From NCBI GenBank assembly GCA_041657885.1, contig JBBABB010000001.1, forward strand, positions 129,094-193,093: DNA of 64,000 nucleotides. Reading direction: 5' to 3'. The notes below the pieces were generated by a model. It saw only the letters and a program-made list of their open reading frames with translations, had not been told where the DNA came from and ran no database searches. The position numbers were made by a program, and so were the translations under genes. Origin of the DNA: Minisyncoccota bacterium (GTDB lineage Bacteria; Patescibacteriota; Minisyncoccia; Phycocordibacterales; UBA9973). Below, piece by piece: positions 57,278 through 64,000 of this stretch (position 1 is its first letter; every line of letters starts with the position of its first letter).

Positions 57278-58366
57278 ATGCCTAAAAATTATTACGAAAC
57301 ACTTGGAGTAAATAAAAATGCTTCGAAAGATGAGATAAAAAAAGCATTTCATAAACAAGCTCATAAATATCATCCTGATAAAAATAAGGGTGATGATAAA
57401 AAGTTCAAGGAAGTAAATGAAGCTTACCAAGTTCTTTCTGATGACCAAAAACGCTCTAGATATGATCAATTCGGCTCTGCTGATGGGCCCTCCTTCGCCG
57501 GAGGCTACGGCGGGGCGCAGCAAGGATTTGGAGGTTTTGACTTCTCAGGGTTCCAAAATGGCCAAAGTTACGATATGGGAGACCTTGGTGATATCTTTGG
57601 AGATTTTTTCGGAGGTGGTATGGGGCGTGGAACTAAAAATTCTCGTCGCGGGAGAGATATTCAAACAGAGATTGATTTAACTTTTGAAGAATCTATTTTT
57701 GGAGTAAATCGCAGAGTTTCAATTACAAAACAAGCAACTTGTGATATTTGTAAAGGAACTGGTGGAAAAGTTGGAACAAAAATGAATACTTGTAGGACTT
57801 GTAATGGACAAGGACAGATTCGTGAGATTCGCCGTTCTATTTTAGGGTCATTTTCTACGACGAAAATTTGTGACATATGTCTTGGAACTGGAAAAATTCC
57901 ATCGGAAAAATGTTCAAATTGTCATGGAGCTGGTGTATATAGGAAACAAAAAGAAATAGAATTAAATATTCCAGCTGGTATTAATAATGGAGAAATGCTT
58001 AAAATGTCTGGTGCTGGGGAGGATATCCAAGGAGGGCAATCTGGCGATTTATATATAAAAGTAAAAGTCAAACCACACCCATTATACAAACGCGACGGAC
58101 TCAATTTAACTATGGATTTACAGATTAAACTCACTGATGCCCTCCTTGGTATGACTTATAATTTAAGAATATTAGAAGGGAATACAATAGAAATTAAAAT
58201 TCCAGAAGGAATAAATCACAATGAATTACTTCGTGTGCGTGGCAAAGGTGTGCCATCTAGTCGTGGACGAGGAGATATAATTCTAAGAATAAAAGTGAAG
58301 ATGCCATTAAAACTTTCTCGTAAATCAAAAGAAATAATTGAAGAACTCAAGAAGGAGGGTGTATAA
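57278..58366 (+). CDS. dnaJ: Chaperone DnaJ
   Basis: HPD J-domain, G/F region, four CxxCxGxG repeats. Confidence 0.98.
   Translation: MPKNYYETLGVNKNASKDEIKKAFHKQAHKYHPDKNKGDDKKFKEVNEAYQVLSDDQKRSRYDQFGSADGPSFAGGYGGAQQGFGGFDFSGFQNGQSYDMGDLGDIFGDFFGGGMGRGTKNSRRGRDIQTEIDLTFEESIFGVNRRVSITKQATCDICKGTGGKVGTKMNTCRTCNGQGQIREIRRSILGSFSTTKICDICLGTGKIPSEKCSNCHGAGVYRKQKEIELNIPAGINNGEMLKMSGAGEDIQGGQSGDLYIKVKVKPHPLYKRDGLNLTMDLQIKLTDALLGMTYNLRILEGNTIEIKIPEGINHNELLRVRGKGVPSSRGRGDIILRIKVKMPLKLSRKSKEIIEELKKEGV
57488..57520 (+). repeat. 33-nt CCGCC-family element, in-frame in dnaJ G/F linker
   Basis: CCCTCCTTCGCCGGAGGCTACGGCGGGGCGCAG = PSFAGGYGGAQ. Confidence 0.6.
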
Positions 58367-58369
58367 AAT

Positions 58370-58413
58370 CAGACAGTGCCTAAAGCGCTATGTAGCGCTT
58401 TAGGCACTGTCTG
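58370..58413. repeat. Perfect palindrome after dnaJ
   Basis: CAGACAGTGCCTAAAGCGCTA-TG-TAGCGCTTTAGGCACTGTCTG, 21-bp arms. Confidence 0.85.
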
Positions 58414-58500
58414 GAATTCCTTTACATATTTCACATTTTTGCTATCATTGGTAATATTATTATTTATTGCGGGCAAAACAATTTTGCTTGATATAAAGAG

Positions 58501-59889
58501 ATGAATAAAAGTTCTAAGGCTGCGAAGAAGCTCTGGAAGATTGGTTCTAAAGATTTCAACACTCAATATTTTGATTACAATAAAGAGGGCGATCTAATTA
58601 TTAAAGAAGGACATAATATTTATAACGTTCGTTATTTAGCAGAGAAATTCAGCACATCACTCGAAATTCTTATGCCTTTTGTTATTGAAGAGAGGTTAGA
58701 AGATTTCTTGGATTTAGTAACCGCCTTGTCAAAAAAAGTAGGATATAAGGGAAAATTCTTTTATCATTATCCGATGAAAGTAAACCAAAGTAAGGAAATA
58801 GTAATGGCTGTTGCTGGCGAAGGTGCTCATCTTGAAACATCTTCATACAATGAATTATGGATGGTTAAGAAAATGCTTGAACAAGAAAAATTTAATCCAA
58901 ACATTCGTATTCTTTGCTCTGGACCAAAAACTAATAATTATATAAATTTAATAGATGACCTTCAGCATAAAGGTGTTAAGATTTTCCCACTCATTGAAGG
59001 TCCAAATGAATTAAAATTTTTACAATATTCAAAATATGATGTGGGCATTCGTATAGATATACCGGTAAAAGCAAGTTCTCGTTGGAACAAAGCAGTAGAT
59101 AGGTTTGGTTTTTCCGCTAAAGAAATTTTAAGTATGGGCTCATTTAAAAATTTAAAGATTCTTCACTATCATATTGGTTCACAAATTGAGAAACTTTCAG
59201 ATGTTCTTATCCCTATTAAATACGCCCTCAATGTTTATTTCAAACTCAAAGAGAAAAATCCTTCACTTGATACACTTGACATTGGGGGTGGAATGCCGAT
59301 TCCTTACACCAGAGAAAAAATTTATCGTATAGAGAACTTAATGGAGAAAATTTTTAAACTTGTGAAGTCAGAATCAGAAAAAAAGGGAATGTCACATCCA
59401 AATTTAATATGCGAATGGGGAAGGTATATGGTAGCCCCCGCGCAAATAACAATTTATAAAGTTATTGATACAAAAAGAATAAAAAGTAAAAAAAGTCCTG
59501 CCAAGAAATGGTACGTTATAGATGGAAGTTTTATGAATGACCTTCCGGACACTTGGGCGATTGACCAAAAATGGGCTATTTCCCCAGTAAACGATAAAAG
59601 AGATGGGAATTTGAATGAAGTTTGGCTTGCAGGGTCTTCTTGTGACTCAGATGATATATATAAAGGGCTGAATGGAACAGTAACTCTCCCTGACTTTGAT
59701 ACAAATGGAGATAATGATGGAGGGTCAATGTATATTGCGGTATATGATACAGGAGCGTATCAGACATCACTCGCAGCTCAACACTGCATGCTTTCTTCCC
59801 CTATGAAAATCGTAGTAGAAAATGGTCATATTGTAGTGGCTCGTAAACACGAATCAGCTGATGAAGTTGGAAAAAATTTTGGCTGGTAG
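58501..59889 (+). CDS. Arginine decarboxylase-like PLP enzyme (fold III, SpeA-like)
   Basis: YPMKVNQ (PLP Lys), HYHIGSQI, DIGGG, EWGRY, SCDSDD, GAYQ. Confidence 0.82.
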   Translation: MNKSSKAAKKLWKIGSKDFNTQYFDYNKEGDLIIKEGHNIYNVRYLAEKFSTSLEILMPFVIEERLEDFLDLVTALSKKVGYKGKFFYHYPMKVNQSKEIVMAVAGEGAHLETSSYNELWMVKKMLEQEKFNPNIRILCSGPKTNNYINLIDDLQHKGVKIFPLIEGPNELKFLQYSKYDVGIRIDIPVKASSRWNKAVDRFGFSAKEILSMGSFKNLKILHYHIGSQIEKLSDVLIPIKYALNVYFKLKEKNPSLDTLDIGGGMPIPYTREKIYRIENLMEKIFKLVKSESEKKGMSHPNLICEWGRYMVAPAQITIYKVIDTKRIKSKKSPAKKWYVIDGSFMNDLPDTWAIDQKWAISPVNDKRDGNLNEVWLAGSSCDSDDIYKGLNGTVTLPDFDTNGDNDGGSMYIAVYDTGAYQTSLAAQHCMLSSPMKIVVENGHIVVARKHESADEVGKNFGW

Positions 59890-59896
59890 TAGAATA

Positions 59897-59980
59897 TAAT
59901 TAATAATTAATAATTAATAATTAATAATTAATAATTAATAATTAATAATTAATAATTAATAATTAATAATTAAGAATTAA
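59897..59980. repeat. Heptamer tandem repeat (TAATTAA)x11 + GAATTAA
   Basis: Counted directly in the sequence. Confidence 0.95.
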
Positions 59981-59998
59981 AGCGAAACAAATTATTTT

Positions 59999-61015
59999 AT
60001 GAATACAAATTTAAACACATTAGAATTTATTCTAAAAAATTATAAGAACTTCAATGCTCGCGCAACGAAAGACGCGATGATTTCATATTGGCGTCATATT
60101 GAAAAAGGAGGCAAAATGTTTTGGGCTATGGGAGGAGCCATGTCTTCAGCTCAGCTTGGGATTACTCTTGCTCCAGCAATCAGGAATGGATTAATTTCAG
60201 GAATGTCTGTGACTGGGGCTAACCTTGAGGAGTCATTGTTCCGTCTCGTTGCCCACAAGAGCTACAAAGACTTTCCTGATTATAGATATTTTACAAAAGA
60301 AGATGATACAAAGATTTTAGAAGACCGTATGCGACGTGTGACAGATACAAGTATTCCTGAAGACGAAGCATTTCGTGTTGTTGAAAAACAAATTGTTCCT
60401 ACATGGAAAAAAGCTACAGTAGATGGGACAAGAAAATTTTGGCATGAATACTTTTATGAACTTATCCAATCAATTGATAAGAGTAAACACGAAGGAAGAG
60501 CAGATGAATGTTGGTTGCTTGCTGCAGCAGAGAAAAATATTCCAATAGTGGTACCTGGTTATGAGGACTCAACATTTGGAAATATTTTTGCTTCTTATGT
60601 AAAGACCGGTGAATGTAGTGCAAATATTGCTAAATCGGGTGTTGAATACATGGTGGCATGGTACGATCAGTATCAAGATTTGTCTAAGGATAAAGGAGTT
60701 GGACTTTTTCAAATTGGTGGAGGAATTGCGGGTGATTTTCCAATTTGTGTTGTTCCTTCTATAAAATATGATTTAAAAAAAGAAGTAAAACCATGGGCTT
60801 ATTTCTGCCAGATTTCAGATTCTACAACTTCTTATGGTTCATATTCCGGAGCAACCCCAAATGAAAAAATTACTTGGGATAAGCTTACGAAAGACACTCC
60901 GATGTTCGTCATTGAATCAGATGCTACTATTGTTGCCCCACTTATACTTACGGCACTTCTTGAGTGTAAAGCAAATCCAGGTGGAGCTAATAAATTAATA
61001 GAACAAATGGGTTAG
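59999..61015 (+). CDS. Deoxyhypusine synthase-like protein (bacterial SpeY-like)
   Basis: GGAMSSA, TGANLEE, DSTFGN, IGGGIAGDF, GSYSGATPNEKITWDKL, SDATIVAPL. Confidence 0.92.
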   Translation: MNTNLNTLEFILKNYKNFNARATKDAMISYWRHIEKGGKMFWAMGGAMSSAQLGITLAPAIRNGLISGMSVTGANLEESLFRLVAHKSYKDFPDYRYFTKEDDTKILEDRMRRVTDTSIPEDEAFRVVEKQIVPTWKKATVDGTRKFWHEYFYELIQSIDKSKHEGRADECWLLAAAEKNIPIVVPGYEDSTFGNIFASYVKTGECSANIAKSGVEYMVAWYDQYQDLSKDKGVGLFQIGGGIAGDFPICVVPSIKYDLKKEVKPWAYFCQISDSTTSYGSYSGATPNEKITWDKLTKDTPMFVIESDATIVAPLILTALLECKANPGGANKLIEQMG

Positions 61016-61127
61016 GTTTGAAATAGCTTTTCTCAGAGGGTACACCAATTTCTTGGTAGAAATTCGTTCAGTGTTCGCTCCGTCGAGCTCACAAGCCCCT
61101 CTGATAAAACTATTTCAGACCTAACCC
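61009..61127 (+). repeat. Structured repeat family A, copy 4
   Basis: GGGTTAGGTTTGAAATAG...TCAGAGGGTAC...GCTCCGTCGAGC...CCCTCTGATA...CTATTTCAGACCTAACCC. Confidence 0.88.
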
Positions 61128-61135
61128 TCAATACT

Positions 61136-62200
61136 ATGAAAGGTAATAAAGAAAAAAAGAAAATATTAGAAGAAAAAATTTCAAAGTTTAATCCCAGTGA
61201 TAGTGGAGCTCTTCATCATGGAATTTTTGGATTACCATTTAACCCTGAAGAATCAAGGGTTATTTTGGTTCCGGTGCCATGGGAATCCACAGCAACTTAT
61301 GGCGTTGGAACCGCCTTGGGACCAAAAGCAATTTTAGATGCATCGCAGCAAATTGATCTATATGACCCGATAAATCCCGATGGTTGGAAAGAGGGAATTG
61401 CTATGCAAGATATTCCTTCTAGTATTTTCTATAAAAATCAACAAGTTAGAGAAAAAATTTTAAAATATTTTGAAAAATATATTGAAAAAGATATAGATAA
61501 AGGATTACAAGATGAAATAAATGTAAGTTGTCTTGAGCTTAATGATTATGTTAAAGAAACCACCAGAAAATTTTTGGAAGATGATAAAATTGTCGGATTA
61601 GTTGGAGGGGACCACAGTGTAATTCTTGGATATCTGAAGGCGTTATCTAAAAAGTATAAAGATTTTGGAGTACTTCATATTGATGCCCATTGTGACTTAA
61701 GAAATGCTTATCTTGGACTTGAATATTCTCATGCCTCAATATTTTTTAATGCTTTAAAGATAAAAAATATTTCTAAATTAGTCCAAGTGGGAATTCGAGA
61801 TTTTAGTCATGCAGAAAATGATTTTATAAAGAAAGAAAAAAATAGAATATCTCTGTTCACAGATTATGAAATCAAAAAAGCAGTATTTTCAGGAGTAACT
61901 TTGAAAAAAAAGTTTGATGAAATTATTAAAAAACTTCCTAAGAATGTCTATATTTCTTTTGATGTTGATGGGTTAATGCCATATCTAAGCCCAAACACTG
62001 GCACGCCTGTCGTTGGTGGATTTACAATAGAAGAAATGGTTTTCCTATTTGAGGAAATGATAGCTTCAGGTAGAAAAATTATCGGTTTTGATTTGTGTGA
62101 AGTTGCTCCAGGAAAAGATGGCCAGTGGGACGGTAACGTCGGGGCAAGAATCTTGTATAAATTGTGTTTATTGACACTCAAAAGCCAAAAAATAAAATAA
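61136..62200 (+). CDS. speB: Agmatinase / ureohydrolase
   Basis: GGDHS, DAHCDLR, SHAS, SFDVDGL, GTPVVGG, DLCEVAP. Confidence 0.9.
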   Translation: MKGNKEKKKILEEKISKFNPSDSGALHHGIFGLPFNPEESRVILVPVPWESTATYGVGTALGPKAILDASQQIDLYDPINPDGWKEGIAMQDIPSSIFYKNQQVREKILKYFEKYIEKDIDKGLQDEINVSCLELNDYVKETTRKFLEDDKIVGLVGGDHSVILGYLKALSKKYKDFGVLHIDAHCDLRNAYLGLEYSHASIFFNALKIKNISKLVQVGIRDFSHAENDFIKKEKNRISLFTDYEIKKAVFSGVTLKKKFDEIIKKLPKNVYISFDVDGLMPYLSPNTGTPVVGGFTIEEMVFLFEEMIASGRKIIGFDLCEVAPGKDGQWDGNVGARILYKLCLLTLKSQKIK

Positions 62201-62228
62201 AAAATTAATTTTGTGATATAATTATCAT

Positions 62229-62368
62229 ATGTCATGGTTTTTTATTGCACTCGGGGCTCCATTTTTATGGGCAATTGTAAATATTGCTGACCAGTATCTT
62301 GTTAAAAAATATGCTATTGGGCACAAAGGTTCAGGTGGGCTTGTGCTTTTTTCTAGTTTGATTGGGAT
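62229..62368 (+). pseudogene. 5' fragment of EamA/DMT transporter
   Basis: MSWFFIALGAPFLWAIVNIADQYLVKKY; runs into unrelated sequence after about 47 codons. Confidence 0.6.
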
Positions 62369-62545
62369 TGTGAAGAAAATGGTTTGGATTTATCAAAAAC
62401 AAGAACATGTATAAAACCAAGCAGGACACACTGTGGAACTTGTCCTTGTTGTTGGGATAGAAGAAGATGTTATTTATTAGCAGGAATTAATGATAAAACT
62501 AAGTATTTGAAACCATACCCCAAAAAGTCTAGTGGATATTATTAA
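62369..62545 (+). pseudogene. 3' fragment of QueC-like protein
   Basis: LSKTRTC..HCGTCPCCWDRRRCYLLAGINDKTKY matches the QueC C-terminal zinc motif. Confidence 0.6.
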
Positions 62546-62556
62546 GATACAATAAA

Positions 62557-63087
62557 ATGAATAAAGAAATAGAAATTAAAATTGAAATCGATAAGAAACT
62601 ATTTATATATTTTACAAAAGGTAAGTCTTTTCAGTATGAAAAAACTTATGGTTATTTTACTGACAACTATGAAAATATGGGGAGGGGAGTTTTTCCTAGA
62701 ATTAAAACTATGGGTAATACCTCTTTAGTTTCAGTGAAGGTTAAGATAAAAGAAACTAAAATGTTTGAAAGAGATGAATATGAATTTGAAATAGAAACGC
62801 ACAAAATAGAATCTGTAAGGAGTATGTTTAGAGTTTTAGGATATTCAATAGAGCACATTTTTGAGAAAAAACGTTATAAATTAAAATCCATAAATGAGTG
62901 TGAATTTGTTGTGGATGAATTACCTTTTGGTTATTTTATAGAGCTAGAAGGAGAAGAAAAAAATATCGAAAAATCAATTGAAGAATTAAAACTACAAGAT
63001 AATGAAAAAATAAATGGTGCATATCTTAAATTATGGGAAAAATATAAAAAAGATAATAATTTATCAGGTGAGTGTCTTTTTTCTTAA
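62557..63087 (+). CDS. CYTH domain protein (class IV adenylate cyclase-like)
   Basis: EIEIK, EKKRY, VDELPFGYFIELEG. Confidence 0.85.
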   Translation: MNKEIEIKIEIDKKLFIYFTKGKSFQYEKTYGYFTDNYENMGRGVFPRIKTMGNTSLVSVKVKIKETKMFERDEYEFEIETHKIESVRSMFRVLGYSIEHIFEKKRYKLKSINECEFVVDELPFGYFIELEGEEKNIEKSIEELKLQDNEKINGAYLKLWEKYKKDNNLSGECLFS

Positions 63088-63094
63088 ATAATTT

Positions 63095-63250
63095 ATGTTA
63101 ATTTATGTAGCAGGAATACCGGGTGTTGGAAAGACTACTATAATCAAAAAACTAGTGGAGAAACTTAATTTAAATAAACAGAAATCCGAGTCTGTAAGTG
63201 GCTTACCAATATTATGTAAGCTTGCTGGAGATAATTCAATCCGTATTTAA
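63095..63250 (+). pseudogene. 5' fragment of P-loop nucleotide kinase (AdkA-like)
   Basis: MLIYVAGIPGVGKTTII, stops after 51 aa. Confidence 0.6.
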
Positions 63251-63353
63251 AGAGCATAAAATAGTTGAAATAGATTGTTCTAAAATAATTTATGGTGGCG
63301 GGGGACTTCATTGTATTACAATGCAACAACCAGATATTAATCTTAATCTTTAG
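63231..63353 (+). pseudogene. 3' fragment of agmatine deiminase
   Basis: VEIDCSKIIYGGGGLHCITMQQP = AguA C-terminal catalytic-Cys motif; no start. Confidence 0.7.
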
Positions 63354-63446
63354 GTGTTAATAATATTTTCGATTGACATTGCAATAAATGATATTGTGTT
63401 GTATAATTGAAACAAATAACAAAGTTTTAAATAAAAATCTTGTACC

Positions 63447-64000
63447 ATGAAAACTACAAATTCAAATCAGATTGTCCTTACAGGCATTCGTCCAACAAGC
63501 AATCTTACGATTGCAAACTATATTGGAGCTATAATGCCAATCCTTGCTTTCCAAGAAGAAGGACTAAGACCCTATGTTTTTGTCGCTGATATTCACGCAC
63601 TTACGGACAATGAACCGGAAGTGTTAAAATATGGTGATGAAATATTAATTGACCTATTAGCCGCTGGTGTTGATCCGGTAAAGACAATTGTATATAAACA
63701 ATCGTCTATTGCTAATGAAATCGGTGTGTTGACACTACTGCTTGCACGTCATGTTTCTGTTACAGAGTTATTGAGATTACCTACGTTAAAAGAAAAGGTA
63801 AAATCAGATAATGTTGAAAATGCAAATGCGTTACTTTTGATGTATCCCGTGATGATGGCAGCCGATATTCTTGTGCAAAGGGCAACCACTATTCCAGTCG
63901 GAAAAGACCAGACTGCTCATATTGAAATAGCCAGAAAAATTGCAAGGCGTTTCAATAAAGAAGTGGGGGATATTTTCCCTGAACCTGTAACTCACGTTAT
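63447..64000 (+). CDS. trpS: Tryptophanyl-tRNA synthetase (3'-truncated by window)
   Basis: LTGIRPT, VADIHALT, YPVMMAADIL, PVGKDQ.AHIEIAR.IARRFN. Confidence 0.95.
   Translation, partial: MKTTNSNQIVLTGIRPTSNLTIANYIGAIMPILAFQEEGLRPYVFVADIHALTDNEPEVLKYGDEILIDLLAAGVDPVKTIVYKQSSIANEIGVLTLLLARHVSVTELLRLPTLKEKVKSDNVENANALLLMYPVMMAADILVQRATTIPVGKDQTAHIEIARKIARRFNKEVGDIFPEPVTHV

Noticed and set aside
59897-59980. CRISPR array or replication origin DUE
   Set aside because: Pure 7-bp tandem without spacers; no DnaA-box cluster or dnaA nearby
380-62858. Many antisense or nested ORFs in the track (e.g. 9364-9855, 14025-14585, 30267-30770, 55793-56341)
   Set aside because: They overlap well-supported genes on the other strand or frame and show no recognisable motifs
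1-64000. Alternative genetic code 25 (Gracilibacteria/Absconditabacteria)
   Set aside because: TGA terminates genes at expected ends (e.g. lctP, typA, def) and core genes have no in-frame TGA

Overview
AT-rich chromosomal segment of a CPR/Patescibacteria (Parcubacteria-like) bacterium. This assignment is inferred from gene content: a tandem VirB2/TrbC-type pilin array, PaaX-like genes, a short AlaRS, a degenerate PriA and leaderless promoters. TGA is used as a stop codon (code 11). It carries housekeeping genes (hisS, gyrA, ftsAZ, mreB, typA, mnmA, alaS, alpha operon, grpE-dnaK-dnaJ, trpS), three tRNAs, a REP-associated tyrosine transposase (RAYT), a small tRNA-Glu islet and a polyamine cluster (SpeA-like, deoxyhypusine-synthase-like, agmatinase) followed by fused gene fragments. 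The main unexplained signal is a dense population of small palindromic/structured elements in at least seven families. Many sit in-frame inside essential genes: mnmA has about 8, and typA, rpsI, grpE, dnaJ and priA also carry them; one 36-nt insert is identical in typA and mnmA. Two candidate mobilisers are each bracketed by their own palindrome: the RAYT (three copies of a 25-nt REP, one inside its ORF) and, unexpectedly, a PaaX/Cas2-like gene. Small ORFs missed by the ORF track (rpmJ, a 24-aa Cys-rich peptide, a 29-aa membrane peptide) are also reported. All calls come from reading motifs by eye; no database searches were run.
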